This document shows positions 18,924 to 29,385 of a stretch of DNA of 49,193 nucleotides, piece after piece. Below the pieces are notes generated by a model that saw only the letters and a program-made list of their open reading frames with translations, was not told where the DNA came from and did not search any database. The DNA lies in the IMG/VR virus record IMGVR_UViG_3300037308_000057, positions 1-49,193 of that record. One strand, given 5' to 3'. The DNA is from a virus (Duplodnaviria > Caudoviricetes). Each line of letters begins with the position of its first letter. Position 1 is the stretch's first letter. The position numbers and the translations under genes were made by a program.

Positions 18924-18933
18924 TATACTTCTC

Positions 18934-19435
18934 CTAGTAGGGCGAGCCTTTCTGAAACTGTTGAACTGGTAGTGCAGCTACATTCTCCCACTCTTCGTGA
19001 TTGACCTTTACTAAGCGTGATTTTAGATGCGTCTTCAAATATCGCTTGACACAGGGTTTGAATAGGTCAGAATGAGCTGCGGCTTTGATTACAGAGTACG
19101 ACAAGTTCATATACTGTCTAGTAGTCTTCTTAGTCTTGTGCTTTTGCAAGAATGCGAGCAACTTCAATCTTTCAGTTATTGGAAGATAGTGAAGATTAAG
19201 ACCTATGAATGAGTCAGCCTCTACTCCAAATGGAATGACTAATGGGAACTTGTCCCAATACGGTAGCTTGTCTGCGTATTTAGGGGAGTAAAAGAAAAAA
19301 AAGAGTCCGACCTATAAATGGATCTCTAACGGGATTGAATGTGTTGTATTTGAAATCAGATGCAGCCTTCTTGATTTCTCTAAAAAACCACATCAACCCC
19401 GCTTTGTTCTCTTTTGATCTTGGTGCTCTAGCCAT
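18934..19435 (-). CDS. DNA end protector (T4 gp2-like), +1 shift at CGG 19309
   Basis: PFIG-(skip C)-GLFFFFYSPKYADKLPYWDKFPLVIPF..IGLNLHYLP..PCVKRYL..LPVQQF. Confidence 0.88.
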
Positions 19436-19511
19436 GTGTGCCACCTCTTTTCCAACTATCAAGTATATAATAATTCTTGGGGATTCTTTTATTTGTTACA
19501 CCATCAGTAAT

Positions 19512-19697
19512 TCATCTAGTATTACTAACTTTTAACAATTTTCCCTGCCTTTTCTCATCGGTCCATGATCTTTTGACGATATTAAAGTATCTTATCCACC
19601 GATCATCGGGATGGCCGTTACAAGCATAACGAACTCCAGTAGTACCATCTATCGAGGGGTTCCATCCGATGAGATAGGTGAAGGGTGTATCGTTCAT
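19512..19697 (-). pseudogene. Seg-like GIY-YIG homing endonuclease remnant
   Basis: TPFTYLIGW...GVRYA...HPDD.W..YF resembles a Seg N-terminus; truncated. Confidence 0.5.
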
Positions 19698-20143
19698 TTC
19701 GCTGTAATACCAAGTGAATACTCATCTAATAAAACAAACTCAAATCCTGTTCTAGCAGCGTACTCTTTTGCCGCTGCCCATTTATCCTGGTTTCTCTTCC
19801 ACGTTATAGTTTCTTCTCTGAGTGTGTCTCTCTTTCTGCTTTTAGGTGGAAGGATCTGAGCTCTCGGTTTAATCTCTATTAGAAGTCTTTTATCTTGTCC
19901 TTCTTTGTTCTTAACTAAAACCCAAAAGTCTGGGAAGTATCGTTTAACTCTTCCATCCATGGTGCTATAGTACGGAATGGCTTTGATTTCAGAACCCCAC
20001 TTCAGAACGTTTGGGTTGGTGTCGCACCAGCAAGCGAACTTGCTCTCCCAAGAGCTTCTCATCACTATGTTGCGAATATCTCCTACATATTTCTGTGGGT
20101 TGTTGGGTTTGAATCGCACAGGTTCTGGGTATCTTTTCATCAT
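19694..20143 (-). CDS. Head completion nuclease (T4 gp4-like)
   Basis: FKPNNPQKYVGD; RSSWE; WGSE...IPY; RYFPDF; IEIKP; NQDKWAAA. Confidence 0.92.
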   Translation of the reverse strand: MMKRYPEPVRFKPNNPQKYVGDIRNIVMRSSWESKFACWCDTNPNVLKWGSEIKAIPYYSTMDGRVKRYFPDFWVLVKNKEGQDKRLLIEIKPRAQILPPKSRKRDTLREETITWKRNQDKWAAAKEYAARTGFEFVLLDEYSLGITAK

Positions 20144-20152
20144 ATCTCCCCG

Positions 20153-20175
20153 TATAAGTATATTTGGTATTTATT
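20153..20175. promoter_or_regulatory. Divergent late promoter-like elements between gp4 and gp48
   Basis: TATAAGTA on + and AATAAATA on - within a 51-nt divergent gap. Confidence 0.5.
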
Positions 20176-20194
20176 CCAGTTTGAGGACTATTAG

Positions 20195-20956
20195 ATGGTA
20201 AACGAAGTATATTATCCAGAACTTCTAACAAACAAGGAAGCGTTTCCTGCAAATGTCATGTTTACTTTTTATGAGCGTACTAGCACGACATCTAGCTCTG
20301 CTCAGGATATCATTCATCTTTACATGCCAGAAAATTTTGGACAGCCAAGTACGGTATCGTGGGACAATTCTTTTAGAGGTGGGCAAGCTGTTTTAGGTGC
20401 AGCGTCGGCTGGCGCGACTGCGATTGGTGACGCAATGTCTAAAGTAGGTGGCAGGTTTGCAGGTGTATCAAGCTGGGTATCGACAATAGCAGGAGCCGTT
20501 GGCAAGTACACTGCACCCGCGTCTGATTTGGCTCAACTCAAAGCGGGAATGACATTGAACCCGTATCTTACTCAGATGTTCAGAGGCGTAGATTTAAGAA
20601 ATTTCCAATTCACTTTCCGTCTCACTCCGTTTTCAGAAAGTGATTGCGATAAGATTTACAATATCATTAAGATCTTTCGCAAGTGGTCTCTACCATCTGG
20701 TCCAGAAGGTGGAGCATCTTCTATCTATCTCAATTATCCAGGAGAAGTAGAGGTTCAGTATCAATGGGGAGCTGATGGAGAGAATCCTTACTTGCATCGT
20801 TTCAAACGATCGGTTATCACTGAGTTGACTATAGATTACACGGGTACTGGAATGTGGACCATGCTACGAAATGGATTCCCAACAGAGACCATTTTAACAG
20901 TGAGCTTTGGTGAGATTGAGATCGTTGTTCGTGAAGATGTCGAAAACGGATTTTAA
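20195..20956 (+). CDS. Baseplate tail-tube cap (gp48-like)
   Basis: IHLYMP; NPYLTQMFRGVDLRNFQFTFRLTP.SE; YP; FGEIEIV. Confidence 0.85.
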   Translation: MVNEVYYPELLTNKEAFPANVMFTFYERTSTTSSSAQDIIHLYMPENFGQPSTVSWDNSFRGGQAVLGAASAGATAIGDAMSKVGGRFAGVSSWVSTIAGAVGKYTAPASDLAQLKAGMTLNPYLTQMFRGVDLRNFQFTFRLTPFSESDCDKIYNIIKIFRKWSLPSGPEGGASSIYLNYPGEVEVQYQWGADGENPYLHRFKRSVITELTIDYTGTGMWTMLRNGFPTETILTVSFGEIEIVVREDVENGF

Positions 20957-20967
20957 GGAGAGCTAGT

Positions 20968-21585
20968 ATGGCATTTTTCTTTAAAAAATTCCCTAAAACT
21001 GATTACGCATTCGTAAATGACCCCAAGTCGAAGAAGACGGTCACAAATATCCTTACGGCATTCTTTCTAAGGAAGATGGGCGTTAACCGTGTGATGATGT
21101 ATGAGTCTTATACTGTTAAAGACAACGATTCTCCAGAAACTTTGAGTAACCTCTTTTATAAGTCTCCACTTCATTACTGGGCTATCCTCGTTATAAACGA
21201 TATCATAGACCCCTTTACTGAGTGGGCTATGCCCTCAGATCTTCTCGAAAAGTATACCATAAAGAAGTATAAAGATGGCAGGAGATTAAAAAAGGTTGAC
21301 GGTACGTTCTATCAAATTCCATTCAGCGATGGGTTGGGTGGTATACATCACTTTATAAACATCCAAACTGGCAGGCAATGCGATGAGTACGAAGACGCCT
21401 ACTATAGAGAACTGTATGCCGAAAACCCAGCAAATCTTGGTAACAATATCGTCCCAGTGTCCAATATAGCGTATGAGAGTGAAATCAACCTCAAGAAGAG
21501 GCAAGTGTTTCTCGTCAATCGTATGCACATCACATCATTTGAAGAAGACTTCAGGAAGATGTTATCTGGGAGAGCGAATACATGA
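20968..21585 (+). CDS. Baseplate wedge subunit (gp53-like)
   Basis: FFKKFP; Y.VKDNDSPE.LS..FY....YWAILVINDIIDP..EW; HHF; YE. Confidence 0.88.
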   Translation: MAFFFKKFPKTDYAFVNDPKSKKTVTNILTAFFLRKMGVNRVMMYESYTVKDNDSPETLSNLFYKSPLHYWAILVINDIIDPFTEWAMPSDLLEKYTIKKYKDGRRLKKVDGTFYQIPFSDGLGGIHHFINIQTGRQCDEYEDAYYRELYAENPANLGNNIVPVSNIAYESEINLKKRQVFLVNRMHITSFEEDFRKMLSGRANT

Positions 21586-22817
21586 GAGTTGAGAACTCTG
21601 GATTTCATGGTGACGTTAAATCTATAACCCTTACTTGTGATGGAAAGGATATAACAACGTTCTTTTCATCGATTACAATCTATCAAGACATTTTTACTCC
21701 TTGTTGGAGTGCAGTTATAACGATAGAAGATTCAGCTAACATCATAATGAGTGTACCCATTCGTCCTGGCAGTGTTATAGAGGTTTCAGTAGAGACTAGC
21801 ACAGAAAGCATTCTTGATGGACAGAAGTCGTATCAGTTCATTATCTATAAGATTGGCGATAAAGTGTTCAAAGGACAGATGCACTCGCAATATTCGTTAT
21901 ATTGCGCGTCAAAAGGTTTCCTCACCAATCAAACGGTGAGGATTCAGAAGACGTATACTAACATGAAGCCAGAAGCTGCCGTGTCTAATATCTGTAGTGA
22001 GTTCTTAGGTGGTTCTCTAAGCAAACAAGACTCAAGCGATGTCAACTATCATGTCATTGTACCAAACTGGACTCCATACGTTGCTGGTTGGTGGTACGCC
22101 AAACTTGCACTCAAGAACAACGCAAGCGACTTTATCTTTTTTATGAATGACTTTGACCAATACTCATTTAGGAGTATCGAAGAGCTCTACAAGAATGAAA
22201 AGAGTGGAGTCACGTTTAAGCAAAAACCCGCTAACTTCAGAGAAGAAGGCAATTTCGTTGATGATTACAGCATAATGATTGCCAAGTATCACACCTTCCA
22301 CTATGACGGCATGGGCAACTTGGCAACAGGTTACTATAAGACTAAACTGCTATCTTATGATGTCATCAACAAGAAATGGGAAAGTAAATCGTTCAGCTTT
22401 GGCGATGACATACCTGAAGATAAAGAGAAGAAGCCATGGGATGTCTATGATCAAGCCGAGAACGCGAATGTGTCGTTTCTCCCCAAGCATCCAGGACTCC
22501 ACAGCAACCCCACCATAGACGATCAAGTCACAAATTGGCACGTCAGCAGAAAGTCTAACCTCATGAAGTTAGAGCAAGACAAACTACAAATCCAGTTACC
22601 TGGTGGTGCAAAGGCGTGGGAGTATCTAGGAAAGAACTGCGAAGTAGAACTGCCTAGCCATCAGGATCAGGTAGAAGAAGATGTGTATGATAAGTATTTC
22701 AAAGGAACCTATCTTATATCGCACATCTGTCACATTTTAACTCAAGACCATTATACGCTCAATATGGAACTGTTAAAGAAACGCCTATCCGAAAAAATGG
22801 AAAACCAAAATAGATGA
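21582..22817 (+). CDS. Baseplate hub / tail protein (gp27-like position)
   Basis: ITIYQDIF..; IVPNWTP; G.YLISHICH; lies between gp53 and gp5. Confidence 0.7.
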   Translation: MRVENSGFHGDVKSITLTCDGKDITTFFSSITIYQDIFTPCWSAVITIEDSANIIMSVPIRPGSVIEVSVETSTESILDGQKSYQFIIYKIGDKVFKGQMHSQYSLYCASKGFLTNQTVRIQKTYTNMKPEAAVSNICSEFLGGSLSKQDSSDVNYHVIVPNWTPYVAGWWYAKLALKNNASDFIFFMNDFDQYSFRSIEELYKNEKSGVTFKQKPANFREEGNFVDDYSIMIAKYHTFHYDGMGNLATGYYKTKLLSYDVINKKWESKSFSFGDDIPEDKEKKPWDVYDQAENANVSFLPKHPGLHSNPTIDDQVTNWHVSRKSNLMKLEQDKLQIQLPGGAKAWEYLGKNCEVELPSHQDQVEEDVYDKYFKGTYLISHICHILTQDHYTLNMELLKKRLSEKMENQNR

Positions 22818-23128
22818 GCTATAGGGTAAATTTAGATAGATGGTATTATGGAACAAGGTTTGCTTAAAAAGAGGTATGATAAATGATGACATCACCACAT
22901 ACTATTATTTCTGATTTTAACAAAGTAAGATCGATATATGTAACAGAGACTGAAGATGTCAAGATGAGAAGAGAATCATGGCAAAAGCTAGTCAAAGAGG
23001 ATGGGTTGAAGGGGTTTTTTGGCAACTCTAAATCACCACCAGCCACAGGGATTGTTTTCGATTACAATACAAAAGAAGTTTAGAAGGATGTCATTTCACT
23101 GCTCAGCAATCAGAAAGGGTAATACACT

Positions 23129-24115
23129 ATGTCAGTAATCAATCATCCTATGAACACCAATGCCTTTTCGATGGGGCAATTTGTTTGGTGGTATGGTGTA
23201 GTAGAAGACAGGATGGATCCTGAAATGCTCGGGCGCTTGCGCGTGCGCGTATACGGCTATCATACTGAAGAGAAAGACAAAATCAAGACAGAAGACTTGA
23301 TGTGGGCTGCAGTCGTAGAGCCCATCTCATCTTCGTTTTTTGGAGGCATTGGTGTCAGTCCTACTGGAATCGTAGAGGGGACAACTGTTATTGGCTTCTT
23401 CCTAGATGGGCATAACGCGCAGAACCCCGTGATCCTAGGTACGATTGGAGGTAGACCTAGTGAGAAATCTCAAGACAAAGGATTCAACGATCCTAATGGT
23501 ATCTACACTAGATATGACATTGGAGAGCAAGACACCAACCGTTTGGCAAGAAACGAGAAGATAGATAAGACTCCTGTTAAATGGCGTAAAGACAGAGTCG
23601 ATACGGCATCGAAAGCTTTTGGTGGGCAATGGAAGGAGCCACCGACTCCCTATGCGGCGCAGTATCCATTCAACCACGTTAGAGAGAGCGAACCCAAGCC
23701 GAAGAGCGATGTAAGCAGCGAGTCCCCACCAGGCAACTGCGGACACTTCGAGGAATTCGATGACACGCCGGGAGCAGAGAGATACTACCTTCAACACAAG
23801 ATAGGCACATTCACTGAGATACACCCCAATGGCTTAGAGGTCCATAGAGTTCTCCACGACAGGCATGTGATCATCGAGAAAGACGAGCATCTTCATGTCT
23901 GGGGGAATGGCATGTGTACCATTGACGGAGATAATCATCTCTTGATTAAGGGTAACTCTTTCATTGAAGTTTATGGTAACTGTAAAGAATACATTCATGG
24001 CAACTACGAGCTTCATGTTGGTGGAAACTACGACATTCAGGTTGACGGTCACATGTATGCCAACTCTAACGTACACATGAAGTTTACTGCACCGAGAATC
24101 GATTTAAACCCTTAG
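23129..24115 (+). CDS. Baseplate central spike gp5-like, without lysozyme domain
   Basis: WWYGVVEDRMDPEMLGRLRVRVYGYH OB-fold; YPFNHV; GH..EFDDTPG.ER; C-terminal beta-helix repeats. Confidence 0.92.
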   Translation: MSVINHPMNTNAFSMGQFVWWYGVVEDRMDPEMLGRLRVRVYGYHTEEKDKIKTEDLMWAAVVEPISSSFFGGIGVSPTGIVEGTTVIGFFLDGHNAQNPVILGTIGGRPSEKSQDKGFNDPNGIYTRYDIGEQDTNRLARNEKIDKTPVKWRKDRVDTASKAFGGQWKEPPTPYAAQYPFNHVRESEPKPKSDVSSESPPGNCGHFEEFDDTPGAERYYLQHKIGTFTEIHPNGLEVHRVLHDRHVIIEKDEHLHVWGNGMCTIDGDNHLLIKGNSFIEVYGNCKEYIHGNYELHVGGNYDIQVDGHMYANSNVHMKFTAPRIDLNP

Positions 24116-24385
24116 ATTTAAATCGATATCATGATAGAGTTAAACCCTTAAAACCATAAATAAAGATATCGTTCTAATGGAGAGAGACGATTATGAAACC
24201 ATACGTAAAGGCTTTTGATTGGACTTGTACGTATATCAAAACAAGACGTAGACAACGACATTTAAGGTGATTTAAATGCATTCATTCTTTGAATATATTA
24301 AGGATAAATGGGTGGCTGACACCGTTAAGAAAGATTTGTCTTTCTCCATCTATAAAAATCCGTCCTCTAAGGATTTGGTCGTTTT

Positions 24386-24973
24386 ATGATAAAGTCATTC
24401 GCAAATTTTATCTCAGAAGACTTTAATAGCCATGGTGCCCAGCAGTTCCTCATCCCCGTATCGACAGTTTTAAAAGGGGGTGGACCTAAAGGAGCATCGA
24501 GCGCACAAACCATCATGATGTTCTACGAACATGTTGCTGGGTCTTCTTTTAATCTGACGAGATATGCAAAGTCTTTCTTAGCGTCGGATGTGTCGGCTAT
24601 CATGAAAGCCCCATCTAATGACTATAGAGTTTTGATTTATCATACACCAGAAGGGAGTCATATTTTTGTTTGGTATGCTTCGATACAGCACACGCAGATG
24701 ACCAAATCTTTAGATGCCAATAAAGGCATGAAGAAGTATCCTTCCAACATCAAGTATCAATACCTTTACAATGAGTCTCAAATGTTTATGGAAGGAGACT
24801 TGATCGGTCCTGCATGGTGTTTTCCGTTTATTATTTGGCAGGGATCTATCGTTTCTAATTTAATGCCCGAGGCATTGACTGTTCTCAATAAAGCGAAAGA
24901 TGTTAAATCAACCTTTCAACTTTCAAACGCGCAGTGGGATGCGATCTTGAAGAAGCAGGAATTCCGCCTATAG
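24386..24973 (+). CDS. Hypothetical protein, possibly virion-internal
   Basis: 195-aa ORF, N-terminus KSFANFISE; CATAAATA near 24155 upstream. Confidence 0.65.
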   Translation: MIKSFANFISEDFNSHGAQQFLIPVSTVLKGGGPKGASSAQTIMMFYEHVAGSSFNLTRYAKSFLASDVSAIMKAPSNDYRVLIYHTPEGSHIFVWYASIQHTQMTKSLDANKGMKKYPSNIKYQYLYNESQMFMEGDLIGPAWCFPFIIWQGSIVSNLMPEALTVLNKAKDVKSTFQLSNAQWDAILKKQEFRL

Positions 24974-24976
24974 AAA

Positions 24977-26479
24977 TTAGCATACGATCTCTAAGTTAAA
25001 AGATTTAGGGACATAACCATAAACCAAAGTGCCGCAATCCCAAATTCGATCATAACCGTTGATAACCATATTATCCCATTCCGAAAGCGAAGGATTAAAG
25101 TATTCTAACTTCTTTTCTAGAAGATGTTTTTGGAATGCAGTTCTGTGATAGAGGGTTCGATAATCACGAGTATAACGATAAGATGGTGCAGAACAATGCA
25201 GTAATGACCAACCGGACACCTCATAAACTACTCCTTTACTGTACCTGCGATCCGCATAAGAAACCAAAGAACAACCGATCGCCGTAACGAACGAATCATT
25301 TTAGAAAACCCTCCTCGAACTTGAAACCTTCGACGAGTGCAGAAACGAATGATTTCGAGATCGAAATTTCGAGAATAACGAGGTTTTGCAGCAATGAGAC
25401 AAGAGACCAGTTCATTTTTATAGAATAGCCCCTTCTTAATCGAACCCTTCTCATAGCCCTGAATATGATTCTCGTTTAAAAAATCGATTGCAGTTTGATT
25501 ATCGATATCTAATATCTTGCATTGTCGTCCGGAAATTTTTTGAACCGATTCGTGTTTCAAATGGTAAAGTATCATAGATGAAACGAGATCGTATTTGTCT
25601 TCGATCTCCTTATCGGTAAATTGCAATAACGTAATCATTCGTTTATCGCACATTTCGATCTTTCCGAATATGATAGTTTCGCCCTTTACCACCCGCGAGT
25701 TCGGAGTGATGATAGATACCGTTGATCTCGATAGCGAGAGAATGAGAAGGAATATAGAAATCGAGTTCGAGTGGTTGTATTTGCTCTCTGTCATTCCTTT
25801 TAAAAACGACTCCTATCTCCAGTAAGAGATCTCTTATCTTGATTTCCGGTTTTGAAAGTCTTTTGGTTTTGAGAGTGTGATACGTATCGAGTCTGTCACC
25901 AAAATACTTTATAGATGAGTTAGCGATTCCTAACTCAACCGCAAGTTCATTAACAGATTTATTACAACGACTTTTCCACCAATCTAAAGAACGAAGACAT
26001 TTGAGTTTTTCGAGAGTGAGACCCGCACTCTCCATTCTTCCGAACAGCAAATTTTGTTGAGATAGCGAAATCTTATCTCCGACACCCGGTATTCGAGAAG
26101 GCGTTTCTACTCCATATCGAGACAGAAGTACTCGTTTTATCTTACCTTCCTCATTGGTTTTAGTCATCGTTTTAGACGACGATTCTCTCGCCGTATCCCA
26201 ACAAGAGCATTGAAAGCGAGGTAAGTGACAAGTCTTTATGTAGCCTTTTTCAAAAGAATGAAATGTTCTTCTTTCATTTCCTGCTGAACATAAAGGATAT
26301 TGATAAAGTTCGTGATAGATATGCCATGCTCGTTGTGCATCAGGAGAATCGCTATGAAGAAATTGAGTTTTTTCTTTACATAAATAGCGTAGAGATTCGT
26401 TGGATTTTGAACGAAACATGTTATGCGAAAACTTTTCATCTTTAAAAGATTGCTGTATTAAGATTTCTTTTAGGTTCAT
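24977..26479 (-). CDS. Hef-like homing endonuclease with three CGG +1 skips (25666, 25284, 25277)
   Basis: SKPE..; PLELDFYIP..LAIEINGIYHHS; FLNENHIQG; EIIRFC..VRGGFSK; SYADRRYS.G.VY; RIWDCGT; three ORF-track pieces fuse into about 499 aa. Confidence 0.8.
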
Positions 26480-26545
26480 CGATTTCCTCGAATTTAATAA
26501 GTATCTAATCGGCATCACCATCTAAATTTATTACGGAGAAAAACT

Positions 26546-26974
26546 ATGCCATCAGCAACGACATCTAACTATTTACACGATTCTCAGATGAATTATCTTT
26601 TGAAGAACACAGCCTGGACAGCTCCATCGAGCCTATGGGTTGCGCTTTTCACCACTGTTCCTGCACTTGATGCGACTGGTGGTGTTGAGGTAAGCACATC
26701 TGGAACCAACTACGGGCGTATTCAAATCTTAGCGACTAACGGCTGGCAAGGTCCTAGTGGTGCTAACCGCGAATATAGCAACATTTCTGATTTAACGTTC
26801 AACGTTCCTACAGCTAACTGGGGAACGATTCAAGGCGCAGGTCTTTATGACGCACAGACATCAGGTAACCTCTACTATGTCGCGTATCTAACAACGCCTA
26901 AGACGGTTAACAATGGGGACGGCGCACCTAAGATTCTAGCCGGTCAGCTTAGAATCACTCGTGCAACTTGCTAA
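26546..26974 (+). CDS. Virion/tail structural protein
   Basis: NYL..; LWVALFT..P; GGVEVS..NYGR; WGTI...GLYDA.TSGNL, a common phage tail-associated pattern. Confidence 0.75.
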   Translation: MPSATTSNYLHDSQMNYLLKNTAWTAPSSLWVALFTTVPALDATGGVEVSTSGTNYGRIQILATNGWQGPSGANREYSNISDLTFNVPTANWGTIQGAGLYDAQTSGNLYYVAYLTTPKTVNNGDGAPKILAGQLRITRATC

Positions 26975-26991
26975 TCGGAGGAGAGTAAACA

Positions 26992-27261
26992 ATGAAACTT
27001 CAATCATTCCAAGATTTTTTAGAAGAACAAGTTATCAATGAAACGGTGTCGATCAGTGATGCAGGTTATCAGAGAACGCATGGTAAGAAGCCTAGTGGAA
27101 CAGGAAACTGGATGTTCTCCAAGCATAAAAACCACGACGTCTCGAGCCATCCGATGGATGATCTATTCCAGCATAACGGAACTTATTCCACGGCCAAGAA
27201 GGCGGCGGTAAAGCACTTTGAAGCGAAAGGACATACCGGAATCATTCACACGCAATCATAG
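26992..27261 (+). CDS. Hypothetical protein, possibly virion-internal
   Basis: GGAGG SD; N-terminus MKLQSFQDFLEE; HGKKPSGTGNWMF. Confidence 0.7.
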   Translation: MKLQSFQDFLEEQVINETVSISDAGYQRTHGKKPSGTGNWMFSKHKNHDVSSHPMDDLFQHNGTYSTAKKAAVKHFEAKGHTGIIHTQS

Positions 27262-27494
27262 GACAACGCTATAGATGTCGTAGAAATACAAGTATACTCT
27301 AAAGAAATAGACAGAATGTCCAGAGATGGGACCAGAGCACGACTGCATGAAGAGCTTTCGATGTGACTCAGCAAGACGCTTGTTTGAAGAAGATCGTATT
27401 TACTGTGCTGAATAACGAGATCCTAACGGACGAATCTATTCCGGTGGTTAGAGCTGCTCTTGCGACTCTCTAATAGTTGCACTTCTTATGTCTT

Positions 27495-27522
27495 GAAAAC
27501 CTCCTTGACCGGAGGTTTTCTT
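27495..27522 (+). terminator. Rho-independent terminator
   Basis: GAAAACCTCC-TTGACC-GGAGGTTTTCTT. Confidence 0.75.
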
Positions 27523-27536
27523 ATGTCTGAAAGATA

Positions 27537-27544
27537 GATAAATA
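27537..27544 (+). promoter_or_regulatory. Late promoter-like element
   Basis: GATAAATA 33 nt upstream of ATG 27577. Confidence 0.5.
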
Positions 27545-27576
27545 AATGAAGACTTTTACATTAAGAGGACATTATA

Positions 27577-29374
27577 ATGGCGGGATTCAAGCAAACTCAG
27601 ATAGATGACAATGCCGTTTCTCTCTGGACATTCGATGGTGACGCTTACGATCCAATCACCCGAAAGTTAATGGTTGCAACGGGTGAGCCTAGAATCATTA
27701 TAGATGAAATTGACAATCTCAATCCAGCGATTCTGCATAGCGACCATGAGCAACACCTTGGATATCGCTTAGGTATGGGCAGCCTAGTCTCATATGAACA
27801 AGAAGATCAGCATTCATGTACATTCGCTTATTATGGACATAACCCAGCTCACCCTAATGGCTACGCTAAGTCTTATCTAGAAATCCCGCACACATCGTCA
27901 TACTCGTTTCCTCATTCTGGTAGCTTTACGATTGAGTTCTTATTCAATATAGCAAATTGTGCGAATGGAACATTTCCTATGTTTGTGAAATCGGGGGTTA
28001 TAGATATATCGTATGTACAGACATCTGTTTCATCATACCTAAAAGTTGTCCATCCTGGTGGAACTGCTTCAATAGGAACTTTCATATCTGACAACACCTT
28101 TGTAGGTGGTTCATGGTTCAATAGGAAGATACACCTAGCAGTGACTTGGTTGGTAGAATCGACAGCGGAGAATAGCTATAGGGGGATTGCAACAGTTTAC
28201 GCCAACTCGCGCATCATTTCAGAACAGATATACACCTACACCGATACCTTCCCTAATACCAATGTCGCAACTCCTATCACGATCTGCGGAACCAGCACGG
28301 CGTATTGGATATCTGCGATACAAATGGATCAAATAGCAGTGTACGACAAAGCTCTTTCAGCAGACCAAATCACGAAGCATGTTTCCAAAGTCTATTTTTA
28401 TGATGAGTATCTAAAGAATAATTTTGCTACTAACATTTGGCCTTTTAGCGATGTAGATAGTCTAATTTACTTTAAGATTGTACCATACCTTGGAAACTTC
28501 TATGGAGATTACATCGGTGGTAGAACTCGTATTGAGAGAGCCGTTGCTGGTCCACCAGGCATTCAAGGAGCAACCGCTGCGACATTTTTTAATCACGGAC
28601 AGGCCGCGTTCATATTGCAAAATGCATATAAAACCTATCAACCTCGATCTGCTTCTCAGTATACCTACGAGTGGTGGTTTAAAACTTCTGAGATAAACCG
28701 TGGCGTGTTATTTGCCTTCCAGTCTTTAACGCACCCATTTAATGGACCCCTTGTTCAAATCAATATGAGGGATAATCAATATTATGTAGGGTGTATCCAA
28801 TTCACAGAAGCAGACTACGATGTTGTTCTGAACTCTCGTTTCTTGAATGACGCAGGTAACAGGTTCTTATTCAATGATGGACAGTGGCATCATATTGCTA
28901 TCACCAGAGACGATGAAGGTATCGTATGCCTTTGGTTAGATGGCTTGCTCCATGCTTCTCACACCCTTGCAGTAAAGACTATTGATCAACCTGGACAGAT
29001 AGTGATGATGAATAGTATGCCCCGGACACCTATCAGTCAATGGGTCATTGAGTTACCTGGCGTATTATGATTTTGCTTTACAGAGGCACCAAATCTATAG
29101 CCACGCAAACTATTCCATCACCTACAAGATAAGAGGTATCGTTACACTACTAGGCGTACCCTATCGAGCAAAGTTGCGCTTCTACTCATCATACACCGGT
29201 GAATTGATTAAAGAGATGGAAAGTGATCCAAATACGGGTGAGTATGAAGCATCGTTCTACAATAACTCCTATGTTGATATCTTGGTGTTTGACCCTAACG
29301 ATTTAAGCGTGCGTTATAGAGCATACGGTCCTGTGTCACCAAGTGAGTTTGATGACTTGCCTATTAACATTTAA
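27577..29374 (+). CDS. LamG/concanavalin-like virion structural protein, +1 shift at CGG 29023
   Basis: Two LamG-like domains (FTIEF..MDQIAVYDKALS; YEWWFKT..DGQWHHIAIT..LWLDG); skipping C29023 supplies the missing end of domain 2 (GSLSYLAYYDFAL). Confidence 0.8.
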
Positions 29375-29385
29375 AGGAACAGAGT

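Noticed and set aside
19285-19310. T8 run as the cause of the gp2 frameshift
   Set aside because: Cannot be excluded for this one site, but the CGG skip gives GLFFFFYSPK, which fits gp2 and follows the general rule.
24099-24150. TCGATTTAAA inverted repeat and TTAAACCCTTA direct repeat at the gp5 end
   Set aside because: Short and AT-rich; probably a local duplication or weak terminator with no further support.
27483-27533. TTCTTATGTCT direct repeat flanking a hairpin, as a possible mobile-element scar
   Set aside because: Only about 25 nt enclosed and adequately explained as a terminator.
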